Shown here in pieces: positions 50,087 through 63,235 of a stretch of DNA of 64,000 nt. The DNA is taken from the NCBI RefSeq assembly GCF_000315625.1, contig NW_005434663.1, positions 310,001 through 374,000 of the forward strand. The letters run 5' to 3'. The notes under the pieces are model-generated. The model saw only the letters and a list, made by a program, of their open reading frames with translations, was not told where the DNA came from and ran no database searches. A program made the translations under genes and the position numbers. Numbering within the stretch: the stretch's first letter is position 1; each line of letters starts with the position of its first letter. Origin of the DNA: Guillardia theta CCMP2712. Its lineage: Eukaryota > Protista > Cryptophyta.

Positions 50087-51820
50087 ATGCGACGCCTGGC
50101 GGTAGCGGCGCTCCTGAGCCTCATGGCGCCCTCAGCCTTCTCCTCCTCTTTGTCCCCCCCTTCTCCTTCTTTGTCCCCCCCTTCTCCTTCTTTGTCCCCA
50201 CCCTCTCCTTCACTCTCCTCCTCCTCTCCTTCACTCTCCTCTTCCTCCTCTTCAAAGTCCTGCTCCTCCCCTTCACTCTCTTCCTCCTCGCTCTTTGCTT
50301 TCTTCGCACCTCCTGCTCCTCCATCACCTCTAACAAGGTATCGACGCTGCTCTCCTCGTGCTGGAGCCCTCCCCAGCTTCTTTGCCTTACCAGGCAGTCG
50401 TCGATCTCCCCTTTGCAGCCCCCTCCAGCACAGCCATGGCACTGGCGAAGGTGAGGAAGGAGGAGGGCAGGTCCATTGGAGTGTGGAGGACCTGGAATTG
50501 CTCTCGAGGAAGGAGCTTCAGGACCTTGCGAAGCAGTGGGGGATCAGAGCCAACAAGAAGAACGAGGAGATCAGAGCAGAGCTCCTCTCCCTCAGCAGCG
50601 GAGGAGCCAGCGAGCAACCGATCGCAACAGAGGACAACTCCGTCATGACGGGAGAGGAGGAGGACCAGAAGCTGCTGAGCTTGCCCAAAGCTCATGCGTT
50701 AGACGGTATCGGCTCGTTGACAGTGGACGACACAGTCGAGCTCGCTTGCGTCCGCGCCTCCTTCGGTCCCCGCTGGACCAGCATTTCTGGATTTGCTGCC
50801 TTCGAGGAGGACAAGGAAACAACGGAGGGACGCGGCAAGAACAGCCGAAAGATCATGATCATGCGCAGAGGAGGAGAATCGTTCGTAGCGAAGGCCTTGC
50901 GAGCTCAGGTGATGTATAGAAGTTACGCAGAGCCTGTAGTACTAACGAACGAGCAGCAGTCGGCGTCGGACGCGCTTCTGATCTTGAACTCAGACGACCA
51001 ACTCTTCGCTCCCGGCGACCCGAACAACATCGGAGGCGACGTCAAGATTCCTGTGTTTCTTACATCCAAGGATAGCGAGCAGTACATCCAACCGGTGAGA
51101 ACATCTGCCACGTGCAGGATGCTGCGGAAATGATGATGATGTTGTTGTTCTTGTTTCCAGGATTCTTTCTTGGAAATCTTCGTATTCGATGCAGAGACGC
51201 TGGAGGAGGAGATTATACAAGAGAATAAGATCAAGCGTAGGCGCAACGTGCTGATCCTGCCTCATCAATTGCTAACTGGGTCTGTGCAGCAAAGCGGGAG
51301 AAGCCTGAGAAGAAAATTCGCGAGCTCGTCGATGCTGAACGAGCGGACGCTAGCGCTGGGTCGGCTGAGCGGCCAACGGCACAGCCAAGGGAGGACACAC
51401 GTGCCCCGATTGGCCGAGTGGAGGAGAGGAGAAGACCTGCCCCGATGGAACCAGGGGAGGAGAGGAGAAGACCTGCCCCGATGGGACCAGGGGAGGAGAG
51501 GAGGAGACCTGCAGCAGGGAGCGACATGAGAGAGGTGGCTTCCCTTGGACGAGAGAGAGCTCCGAGAGAAGCTCGCTCCTCCTCCCAGATGCCGATGGAC
51601 AAGCCGAGCAGGAGAGACAGAGAGCCCCCGGCAGAGAGGAGGGAGAGGGTGGAAAGGAGACCCGGCAACGCAGGTGAGATCTAGGTGGACATCTTTCCTA
51701 CCCTCGTTCTCATCCCTTGCCAGACTCCTCGAGACGTCCTCGGCGGGTCGACCGATCCCAGCTGGAGGGCGTGACCTTGAAGGATATGGTGACGTGGCTA
51801 GCGACAGACATCGGGTATGA
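50087..51820 (+). CDS. Signal/transit-peptide protein with SAP/HeH-like motif, PA (protease-associated) domain and R/G/E-rich tail
   Basis: MRRLAVAALLSLMAPSAF + S/P-rich segment. LSRKELQDLAKQWGIRANKKNEEIRAEL (SAP-like). RASFGP, KIMIMRRGGESFVAKALRAQ, ALLILNS, KIPVFLTSK (PA domain). Confidence 0.7.
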
Positions 51821-52131
51821 CGAGATGTTTCAGAGTGAGTAGGAGAGCGCGGGGACGTTCGATCCTCACCCTGACGCAGGGACTGGCATCCGCTGCTTCG
51901 GGAACGATCCCTCCCTGTCCTCGAGCCTCAAGTTCCTCCGGAAGAAAGAGAACGAGTGGGGCAGGAAGAAGATTGAGGACCTCTACTTGGAGGTCATGCA
52001 GAGCAGAATGTGACGTGGTCGCAAGAAAAGAGGGGAGGGAGGGAGGGAGGGAGGGAGGGAGGGAGGAGATTTCTCGGGAGCGGGACAGACGAGGCAGAGC
52101 ACTGGGCTTGATGTTCTTTATCGTACAAGGC

Positions 52132-55100
52132 CTATGGTGCGTTCGACTCTCTCTTGCAAATGAAAGGCAACCTTGAGTCACAGCGGACCGTCTGCTCATG
52201 GTGTCACCTTTCCTTCCTCCCTTCTCCCCTCCACCTCCTCCTCACCTGCATCTGCGCCTGCCACACCATCTCCGTGCACCACTGGTTGCCGCCTGCATTC
52301 GACGGCTGGCCGGACTGCCACCTTGTGTTGGCGTACGTGTTGTCGGTGCTGTCGGTGAAGCGGTACATCCCGTTGAGACCACCTGCCCGACGTCAGCTGG
52401 GCTGTTGCGCCTCCGACGGGACCATCTCACCCGAGTCGGACATCCTCCTGAGACCCACCCAGAAATGAGTGTGGCCGAACAGCCGCACCGCCATCTCCAT
52501 CTCGTCCACCGACTGGTAGCTGGGGGGGAGACGGTCAACGACGGCAGGTCGCCTCCTCGCGGCCTACCTGAACACATGCCCCCCCCAGGCCCGACAGACG
52601 TGCTCGGCCTCCTCAAAGGTCCGGGCCTCCTGTCGGGGGGTGTAGCACCATCCTCCGAAGCGCTCCTGCGAGTCTGTCAGAAGCGCCGGGCAAGGCAGGT
52701 TGCCTATCACCGTGTCGGTCCCCCAGAAGTGAGGAGAAGGGTACAGGTCTCCAATCTGCTCATCGTCAGACTGAAGGAGAAAGTCCTCCACCCTCACCTT
52801 GCACGAGGCAGCCCTGAGAGACGCGTCTCTTCCGTCGACTCCCTGCACCACATTCAGCAGTCGTGCATGCTACCCACCCACGTCCACCTGGATGCCAGGA
52901 ACTCCAGGATTTCCGTTCTCCCCTGGCGCGCCGTTGCTGCCTGCACGCGAAGGAAGTTAGTGAGGCTTTTCCGGTCCACAACCCTCCGATGCTCTCACCC
53001 GCTGCGCCAGGCGAGCCGTCGGATCCTGGAGCTCCTGCAGCTCCGTTCTCTCCGGAGTCACCCGGCACGCCTGCCATAGGAATCAATGAGCCCCATCAAC
53101 GGCTGAATCATTAAAGACCGTTTTCGCCGTTATCTCCGGGCGGACCGATGACGGCAGTCCCGGGGATCCCAACAATTCCTGCAGGCCCAGAACAATTCAC
53201 TTCGAGCCAATCATATCCATCCTAATCGTCACCTTGGGCTCCGTTGACTCCCTGAGGGCCAGGAATGCCCGCAGGTCCGAGCTGTCCAACAGCACCCTCG
53301 GCTCCGTTCTGCATCAGCCAAGTCATGGGAGCTCGGGGGACACGAACAGCACTAGTGCAGTCAAACTCACAGGTCCATTAGGTCCCGGCGCTCCCGGCAT
53401 TCCATCTGGTCCAGGTGGACCTGCTGCACCCTAGCACGAGAAAGCCTATCAGGTCTCGACGAAGCCACCAGGATCGTTGTGCTCTTACCCTAGCTCCAGT
53501 TCTTCCGGGCAATCCCTGGTTGCCCCGAGGTCCCGTGGGTCCCGGCCAACCCTACAAGACGTCTCAGCAAGCGTCTCATGACGACAGTTCTTTGACCTGG
53601 ATGCCCCGAATGCCTTGTGGACCCGGCGGACCCGGAGGGCCAACCTACACGCGGGCATATCAGCTGCGGCCATGCTGGGCCAGGCATTGCAAACACGATT
53701 GACTTACCTGCCCTTCAACTCCATCGGTCCCTGGGAATCCTTGCCGACCTCTCAGTCCAGGAAGACCCGGGAACCCTGCAAGCCAAACAAGGTCAGCGCG
53801 ACATCCAGACGCCAACTGATTCCTACCTGATGGCCCCCTGAGGCCAGGTGGACCCATCGCTCCACGAGGTCCAGGACGACCCTGAACGTTCAGTCACGAA
53901 TGTGTGCAAAGAAGACTTGGATCCAACGACGAGCGACACTGGAGAGTCGATTACCTCGTCACCGTCGACGCCGGTGAACCCAGGCTTCCCTGGCAACCCC
54001 CGATCTCCTGGAAGCCCTCTTGGTCCTCTGGGTCCTCGAGCTCCACGGGGACCCGCAGGACCTGCCAGCATCCTGTCATCCCTTCCGTCATGCGGCAGAT
54101 ACAAGTGCCCACCAGGGTTTCCAGGTACGCCAGGGTCACCTTCTGGACCCTGCGGCCCCTGCTTGCCCGGAGGGCCTACGATGCTCTCGCCCGCGGCACC
54201 CGGAGGTCCGGGTTGACCTGGAAGGCCTCGAGGACCAGGGGGGCCAGGAGACATGCGCTCTTGCCGAACCTTCTCCATCTCGAGCTTCAGTTGACGATCC
54301 TTCTCCCTCAAGCCGTGGATTGTATCTTGCAGGCTCGACTCCCTACTCGTCAACTTCACAAGATTCTGTCTCAGATGCTCCAGATGGTCCAGCTGACGCC
54401 TGAAGTGCCACCGATCCTCGATCTTCAGCGTCTTCAGTTTGTCCTTGACAACAGACATGACTTGAGCCGCAGCTTCGTGGGACGCCGTGGGCAGCAAAGT
54501 GCCATCAACATCCCTGACAACATTGCTCGGGTGTTGGGGCGGGACAGAGCCAACCAGGTAAGGTGGTGGAAGTGATGAAGCAACCGAGAGATCCTAGCAA
54601 TCGAAACCATCAATCGACGCTGTTACGACGTTGCCGCTAGACATTACCTGCCAAGTATGGTATGGCGTGTCCTCCATATCTTGTCCGATGGTAGACACCG
54701 CAGCTAAGGACGACTGTGTTGGAGATGTTGTCTGGTCGTGATTAATTTCATGTCAACGAGAAACATTCGCTAATGGAGAGCATCATTTGCAACCTTGATG
54801 GTGACGTAGAGAACGAAGACGGCAGCAGTGCAGCTCAGAAGAAGATACTTCATTCTTCCATTTCGCCACAGTCCTGGAGTCATGAAAAAGATAAGAGTGA
54901 TATAATTGATCAAAGCCTCGACATAGACACAAGACATCGCCATCATCCAATAATCAACGAGGTGCTCTGTCGATTTCACCCCTGATCGAGACCGGCATGG
55001 CAAGAAGTGAATTGACGAGTTACCGCCGGAGCACGCAACTCATCTCAAGGAGCACATGACAATGTGCTTATGGCAGATAACATGTAAACTCGTTCAGCAT

Positions 55101-55150
55101 CTTCACCTCTGCCGCCTTCACCTTCCGCTCCTGCCGCCACCGCCGGCATG
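52132..55150 (-). CDS. Collectin/class A scavenger receptor-like protein: TM or signal anchor, coiled coil, Gly-X-Y collagen region, C-terminal C-type lectin domain
   Basis: [19 protein letters not shown] (~54795-54850); coiled coil ~54255-54460; Gly-X-Y exons ~52840-54250. CTLD spliced through introns 52520-52567, 52383-52430 and 52192-52245: [73 protein letters not shown]. 5' end approximate. Confidence 0.88.
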
Positions 55151-55739
55151 GCGGCTCTTCGCTCCAAAGCCCTCATACCGCAATTCGCACACAGCACCCT
55201 CCATGGTTGAGACCCCTACCCACCCAGAAAACCTGAAAAGTATGACGATGAAGGGTACCTTCTAGTACCCCCACCCTTAGTAATCCCAACAAATAGAGGC
55301 TCGTAACCTAAATGCGAAAATCTTTAGTGTAGCGCCACGCTGAGCGCAACCGGCGCCGGGCCCGGAGCGGGGATGAGGGGGGTTGGGGCCGTAACTGTCA
55401 AGTTGTTGAGTGATCACTTCTGTTCCCCACTACCCACGGGCCCCACCCACCCCCCTGATAGTACCCCGGAGCATACAGTCTAATATACCCCTACCCCACT
55501 GTCATCCCTCAAATCACCCCCGGTTCCCAGTTCTACAGGCAGTCCCGGGTGGTACAACCCTACCCCTCAGAGTCCATCAACCGACGATCAGTGACCCCCA
55601 ACACCCCTGCTGCCAATACTGAGAATTTCATACCCTACCCTACCCTACAATACCCAGGAGTTTGTTCCGTGTACTACCCCTATATGACAAGGAAAAATAC
55701 CATACCAGCAGCTACCCACTACCCACCCCTGTTAGGAAC

Positions 55740-57651
55740 ATGCCGTCCCCTTCGCTCTATGCAGCCAGATATCAGATGCATTTCTGGGACAGTCTGCGCT
55801 GACTTGCGATCATGCTACGAGGCACTTCATGATGCATACAAAATCATGAGCACATCGTCGTATCCATGGCAGAGGCACATAGGAGGACAAGCCCATCCAT
55901 TGTTCACTCCCTGTTTCCTGCTCTGTTGCTCATATTTACTTACTTTTCATTCACGTTTCGTTTCCGATGCGTTTTCCCATTTCCTTTTCCTGTATTCCAG
56001 CGGCTGATTTCTTCGAGTAGGTCTACTAGGATGAGCTGAAAACAGATGGAGATATCTTGTTGCAAACTGGAAGATCACAGGAGAATGGAGCCAGCCGGGG
56101 TAGCCTTTCCATGTTTAAACAGGCATGAGGAGGCCGAGATGCCCTTCAAATAAGTATGCGATCAGCTCTACAGGGTCAGTTATACAAGCTGCATGATCCA
56201 TCCACGTATGGATCCGGAAGTCCTCTTGGCAAGAAGGTGAGGAGGCCGTCCAAAGCCTCTCTGGTCAAAGAGAAGATTTCCAGAAAGCTCGACAACGAGG
56301 AGGAGGATGCGAATGGCCTCCCTGCCCTCCCCGTTCGCTACTGCCAAGAGGAGCCCCCCCTCCTCGGTTACTCCTTCCAGGACTGGCACCACAGGCTCTG
56401 CGAAGTTTGTCCCAACGTTGCTGAATTCCGCTATGCTAGCAAGAGCCAATTGGATCCTAAAGACCCCTCGATGAGTCGTCATGCGCCGAGGATGAAGCGC
56501 GTGGGATACATCCAGGCGTCAACAGAAGTAATGAGTGGAGACAAGGTGAGCTTCCGCCTAGTGCCCTCTGAGTCCTTCTCCAGTCCGAGCGCAACTGGTT
56601 TTAGTGGTCTTTGAGTGTTTTTCAGGTTGAAGTTCAAGATTTTTCAACGGGGGAGAAATTAGGACTGTGGACGTTCGAGATCACTTTCTACAACTTGGAA
56701 TCTGCATTTGTTGGCAAGAGGACGTACGTGTTTGGCCATCCCCAGGTATCAAAGGTCACACCTTTTCTGTTCGATGGGATGATTCTGTTATCGAGGTTTC
56801 GACAAGGCAGAGTTGGATCGATTTCATCATGAGCATCATCGCAGACAAGCAAAGGCTCTCCAACGACAACTACTTCAGCTATCTCGCAAAAAGTCTGAGC
56901 ATCACCGGCGAGATTTGGCAGAAGGGAGACACAGGGTGCACGGGGATCGACAAGACCGCATGGAAGAAGGTAAGGGTCGTACCTCGGCAGCAAGTGCATA
57001 CAGTCAATCTGTCTGGTGGCAGGCGAGATTGAAGAACGGGAAAGTCTTCACAGATTGCCAGAAAGTCTTCGACCGCTTCGCAGTTCCAGCCGCTCATGCA
57101 TCAACGATGGAACTTGCAAGCAGCGACGAGGAGCATCTGGTCAGTCAAACTGGCGAGATTGGATGTTTCTGATGTTGGAGGAAGATGTTGGCAGAGAACA
57201 AGCTGATTTCTGCCCTCTCCGACCTTGGATTGGATGTTTCGGACGGTCTGGCATGACTGGCAATAGAATTCTCCTCTGACAGTCAATTGCTTGCAGATCA
57301 GGTTCAAGGAATCACAAAGGAATTGAATCTAAAGAGAACTTACGAGTCTGGCTACACTTTTTCAGGTGTGAATGCTCTAAATATTGACTCGATCCCGTTG
57401 CTTGTTTTTGGACAAACTAATTGGTTTTTCCTTCTTCGGCTCCTTTCATGGCTCTTTCTTGCCAACAGAATTCTTCCTTGTGTTCAAAAGTTTCTATCAG
57501 AATCAGTCAATGGCTCCTTCCGAGATTGTTAAGGTTGAAATATCCCTCATCATTCCTGTCGTTTGGTCTCCGACATGTGAAACAGGAGAAGCTCATGCAA
57601 ATCATGCACAAATCGAAGAACACCTTCCTTAAGGTGTTCTTATACAGATAG
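55740..57651 (+). CDS. Hypothetical multi-exon protein
   Basis: Chain of ORFs 56156-56614, 56611-56832, 56667-57032 and 56813-57172 linked by GT-AG introns; no family recognised. Confidence 0.5.
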
Positions 57652-57677
57652 AACGATGAGAGATCAACGAGATTTTC

Positions 57678-59030
57678 GTGATGCCCAAGACAGATGTTGA
57701 GCGAGGAAGAGCAGCGTACGCTGATCGAAGGATTTGGCAAGGTGTGCTCTCCCACCGAGACCTCTATAACCCATCGTTGACCTTTGGCAGGATGGCAAAC
57801 CGAACTGCGTGTTCAAGACCTTCAACTGCGGCGCAGTTCTTGTTCATCAGGTGTGGACAACAGGCCAGTAAAACTTGGCTGACGGCAAGCAGGGAGACGA
57901 AGGAGACTCGATGTTCATCGTTGTTGAGGGACAGGTGGCTGAGAAGTGGATAAACTGTCTTCCTCCTTCCTCATTTTCCCCTTCAGCTCAGTGTGCTCGT
58001 CTCCTTCGGGTCCGGGGCTGAGGCGTACAGGAAGGAGGTATCAGCTGCCACTGTCCAGCTGTGCTCCTCGTTGATGGGCATCACCTCAGGTTGCTGTACT
58101 GCCTAGCGGAGCTGTAATGGGAGAGATGAGGTTTCCTTTTCCCTTCCTCATTCTACTCGTTCTCACGTACCGACCTTCGTCGAGCAGTCTTGTGCTGGGC
58201 AAACCCAGGAGCGCAACATGTCTAGTCAAGTCCGACACTTGTTCTGTAGCCGAGATCACCAAAGGTTTTCCTCGTCAGTGTCTTCCCCCGCAGCATTGAC
58301 AGGTTGACTTGCGTCCCGAGCAGGCGCCCTCACCGCCCTTCTGCAATCGCGACCCTATCTGGCCCGAGAGCTGGAAGAGATCGTACACCGACGTGACACT
58401 TCGAACTATCTCCTCGGTGAGAAGAGGACGAAGGAGGAGGACGAAGGGGGGAGAGAGGGACGGAAGGACGAGGACGAGGACGAGGACAAGGAGGGTTGGA
58501 GCGGAAGGAGCAGGTTGAGGTGACTTTTGATTGCCTGCTAGCTGGATCCGCTGCCGCCATGCTCGCATATCGTTCGCGGGCGCGCGACAAGTTTAGCTCG
58601 AAGGGGAAGGAAGCGGAAGAAGACGATGGGGACAAGCTTAAGCAACCCAGCGAGAGAGGCTCCACCGGCATCCTGCCGCGGTACAACAGGGTGGTGACAA
58701 GGAAAAACAGGAATCAACGATCCAAGTCCCAGGTCCTCCCTGTGCTGCTGACCCCTGTTGTCTCATGCTCCTTCATAGATGAGCTCTTATCCTGAGAGCG
58801 TCACTGAATCCCTTCCCCTGATCAAGGGACAACCGCGCAAGGTCAGGACGGGCGTCTGGGTACGATGCAGGGATGGATACCTCCTCTCCTTCGATTAGGC
58901 CACTCCGATCCTCTGCACAGCAGATCCCTTCGCTCGTGGACACAGGCTCGACTGTCCTCCCTCTCATGATCCTCAAGGCTCTTGTTATCTTATCCTCAAT
59001 TGCCTTTGTTTTCATCTCCCTTGCCCCTTA
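57678..59030 (+). CDS. Hypothetical multi-exon protein (may be part of the preceding gene)
   Basis: Plus-strand exon-like segments (VDLRPEQAPSPPFCNRDPIWPESWKRSY; AGSAAAMLAYRSRARDK) with donors and acceptors. Confidence 0.4.
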
Positions 59031-59149
59031 GCTCTGTCCCATGTCGAATATTTGACTGTCAACCTTCATGATTTTGTTTATTCCATGTTCTGTTCTTCAA
59101 AATCAACGTAATGAATGTGTCTATGTATAAGAAGTGTATGGCCGATTCA

Positions 59150-61100
59150 TTAAGGAATGTTGTGTTCCCTCAAACTTCCCCGTGTAAGAACTCGATCTCG
59201 ATGAGCCTGCCGGCCTCAACAAGTTTCCACGAGTCCTTGCTGGAAAACTTCACAGTCAGTGCATGTCACCACCATCACAATTGATCTTGTACCTAGCGAT
59301 CTAGAGCTGCTCGACTGATTGCTGTGGCACAACACGTCAACAACTGCAGTCAGCTAGCCAGCAAATCACCATATGAAGGAAGGCGGGTGCGATCCCATCG
59401 TTCTCTGCATGTCGACGTCTCTGCTCCTGTTGACAGTCGTCAGGTTTCCTCATCGCAGGTACAAGTGCATGACCATCGTCGCAGCTGGATCAGCGAAGGG
59501 TCGATCTTCTCCGACTTGGACAGGAGGTTGTGGATGGCGGTGAGAAACTCATGGAAGGTGATGGTGGTGCGAGCAATGCTGTCGATGTCCGGGGAGGCCT
59601 GGAAGGCCAGCGAGCTCTCCGACGGCAGGAAGAGGTGGACTGAAGTGTTCCCCGGTTCCTCCTCACTATCAGCAGCGTCCCCTCGTCGGGCGTCAGTGAT
59701 GAACACTCGCTCCTCCTCCTTGGTGTCGTTGGAAACTATCGCCGACTCCTTGTCGAAGGTGAGGAAATGGTCCTCTGGATTCACCGCTGACTCTTGTTGC
59801 ACACGTGATGATATCCTCTCCTCGAATTCCTCCCTCAGGTGCCGCAGCCGCACTTGTCCTGGCACGCTCCTCGTTATGCTCAGTCCAAAGTGAGTGTCGA
59901 AGATGCCACTTGTCTTAATGCATGCGATGAAACCAGAGAAGTCGAGCCGTTTCCGCATGAAAGCATTCCTCACAAACAGCTGATACAACGCCCTCTCCCA
60001 CGTCCTGCGCACTCAGGTGAGACACAGAAGAACGAGACGGAAGTCGATGAGGACTTACGGATCAAAGATGCTGTGAGATGACGAAGAGGGTCGAGCTGAC
60101 TTGGGTCCTGTTGAGCTCGTTGAGATCCTTGAGGTCTGTAGGCTGTCAGGTCTTGCCGGCTTGCTGTAGACAAACTTGAGGAAGTCTTCGATCTTGATCC
60201 TTCCGCTTCTGTCCAGATCGAACGCCTGGAACACATCTTGCAGCTCCTCCCACGTCAGCTGATCCTCGTGAGAGTCTGGCTCGTGATCCTGGTCTCGAGT
60301 GGACACGCTTTCAATCTCCGACTCCTCATCCTCCATCCCTTCCATCTTGTTCATCTTCTGGTGATTTCTCTCCAAGATGCCCATCGACGTCGCAGCTCGA
60401 GTTCTCTTTGGCATTGGAATGTCGAACGCCTTTGCAAGAGCATCCAAGCTGACAGTCCCATCGTGTCTGTAATCAGCCTGCCGGATGCGCTTAAGGGTGA
60501 TCTCTTTCACCCGGATCCTCCTGATGCTGTCGTAGTTCATGTCTCGGGAACCAACGTCCTCCCTCGTCTTGGGCTTCATCTTCGGAGCAGGCAGCAGGTT
60601 CTTCAGCTTCTGCCTTATCTCGGTCTGCGACGTCAGCCAATCTTTTGCCGCTGACTGCATCCTGATATGATCTTTCCACATCTTTGGAGGATCTTTCCAC
60701 GAGGACCTTACTTCCCTCAGCTCCTTCCTCCTCAGGTTGTGAGGCTCATACACATGCCCAGACAGGCTGGTGCTCGACCTCCTCGACCTCTCTAGCTGCC
60801 CCTTCGGTCGATTGGCAGGGTTGTGCTGCATTCCTCGATCCAGCCTACGCTTTCAGTGCTGCGAGCAGTCTATCCGCAATGATCACGTTTGGTCCCGTAT
60901 CCAGGCTGAGCTCTCGGAAAATATGTTCATGCTTGCCTCCCACAACACTGATCTCATTTCACAACACTGATCTCATTTCACAACTAATAGACCAGGTTCA
61001 CTCGGTTGTTTTCACCGCTCTCGATGTTCTGCTGACTCCGACGTGACGACGCTCTACCTCTCAGTGTCATCTGAACTCCTCCTGTGCCTGTTGTTGCCAT
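59150..61100 (-). CDS. EF-hand protein
   Basis: ELQDVFQAFDLDRSGRIKIEDFLKFV (canonical EF-hand). Degenerate EF-like DYRHDGTVSLDAL, RLDFSGFIACIK, ITFHEFLTAI. Ends approximate. Confidence 0.7.
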
Positions 61101-61711
61101 CTTGGTCGCCTTTATCTCCTTCCCTCCTTCCCTCCTTCCTGTCTTCCTCTCATGGCCCTTCTCTCTCTCTCTGTCTTTCCATTCCTGCTCTCACAATCTC
61201 CTTCCTCTCGTAGCAACGCACAACGGAGCAACTGATGCCCCTCATCCCACCTCATCCGGGCCCTCCCGCGGGCGGCCGGGCCTAGGGCCGGGCCCCCCTC
61301 TGGGCCGGGCCCTGGTGGAACTCCCAATAAAAGGGTATAGTACGGTACCCGGTCCTTTACTCCGGTATTTCAAGTTGTATGCCATCGTGGCCCCCACCCC
61401 CCCCCCCCTAGGGCCAAGGGCCCCGGGGCCGGGCCGGGACCGGGTACCGTGTCAGTCCCCCTGGGGCCGGCCGTGCGCCGCCGCGCAGTGGGTCATCCCG
61501 CCGAATCTCAAGTGCCCGGGTACGGTAGGGCCCCGCATTCAATAATTGCCAGCGGCGGTGGCGGAACATGATATAACCGTTAATCAGATTAATTTCAAGT
61601 TTAGCCTGCTAGCTAGATCAAGAGCCCGGCCGCCAATTCACGTTTAAAGGGCGCGGCAGAGTCTCCAACGCATCAAGCTATAGTCACGTGTACAACTCTG
61701 TGAGCAGCTGA

Positions 61712-63235
61712 TCACTTGTTCTGCCTGTTTAAATGTAGTCTCTCAGCGCCATCAAGGCATTCATCAGCCGTCATAAATTCACCTAGCTTGCATTGCCATC
61801 TCCAAGATTTTGGCCATGGCCTCCTTCTCTTTGGCTTGATGCCTACAAGGATCTTAGAACGTCGGAGCATACACAAGGAATCATACTGGTAGGAGAGTGC
61901 CGCCAACTCATCACCATATTGTTTGGTAGCCTGTTAAATCGGAAGCTCTCAACCGAAATGTAAGCAATCACGCAGCGTCAGCACCCTTGCTTGACGTTCA
62001 GCCGCAATCTCTTTGGCTCTGATGAACATCCATTCAGCCTTGGTGGTAAACCGGTTTTCAATGCAATTTCACCTGATATCTTCATCTCTCTCCATGACCG
62101 TATCCTTCTCATTCTTTTTCTTTTTCTTGTCCTTCTTCTTTCGGTCATCTTTGCTCTTTTTGCTGGCAGATTGCACTTCCCACGCACGGAGATTGTAATA
62201 TTTCACCTTCACCAACAAATTAGAAGCTCATGCCGAAATCAACTAAAAGAAAGTTATCACGTGAGGTAAAGTCGCTGTATTGAAGTCTTCAACAAACGTT
62301 GCCCACATGTCATCCAATTCTTTCGCTGGTCAAATGATCAACGGAAACCAGCACATCTGCAGACATGCACGCACGTGCCAGCATCCCGTAATCTATTCCT
62401 TTGTGCTCACATAACCATGCTCGGAATTCCTCCTGAGAACAGTGGTTTGTGAAATGGACAGGTATATTCCTGATTACCTGTTTCACAAACTTTTCTGAGA
62501 CTCGAATGAAACCATATCTAAAGAACATCAGACCCTCAGATTTTAGCATGATACTCGCGCTCACTGTCCACACTGGTCGTTAAGATTCGATTTTCTCTTT
62601 TCCTGGGTAGGAGCGATCAAAAAACAGCGATCCAATCTCTCCACGTCATTACTTTCTTGTCCTTCTTCTTCTTCTTGTCCTTCTTCTTCTTCTTGTCTTT
62701 CTTCTTCTTCTTGTCTTTTTTCCTCTTGTCTGCCTTCTGCTGATGTATCACAAGGCAGGCCGCAAGCATCCACATCGCAACCTTGTGCTTCTTGCGAGAG
62801 TGAGATTTGTCCTCACTCGACGAGCTGCTTTCTGATCCACTGTCACTGTCACTGCCCAGAGTTGAGTGAGTCCAAAGGTGAGATCGTGCAGCATCGGAAC
62901 CTGCTGGAGCTGCTGCTGGAGCTGCTGGAGCTGCTGGATTCGCTTCTCTCGCGCTTCTTCCTCTTGCCTGCAGCCCCGGCAGTCACTTACCAGCCCAGCA
63001 AACTTGCAGGTAGGGAGATGTAAGGACTTGATGTTCCAGCCTTACCTTCTGTGCTGTGTCGTTCGGACCTGCCCCTTTCCCCATCACCCCGGTGTCCACT
63101 TCTCTCCTCCCGCTCGTCGTCGTCGTCGGAGGGATCTCTATCTGATCTCTTTCTTTCTTCTCGGTCTGACATCTTGTCTGGTTCACTAAGAGCATCAAGA
63201 ATCAATGCTGGGGTTGCTAACATAGTATGTGCCAT
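61712..63235 (-). CDS. Conserved uncharacterised K/E/R-rich eukaryotic protein with EDFNTATLPH-KYYNL motif
   Basis: Spliced RYGFIR, QEEFRAWLCEHKG, ELDDMWATFVEDFNTATLPH, KYYNLRAWE; Lys-rich (KKKKD)n at ~62655-62730. Confidence 0.65.
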
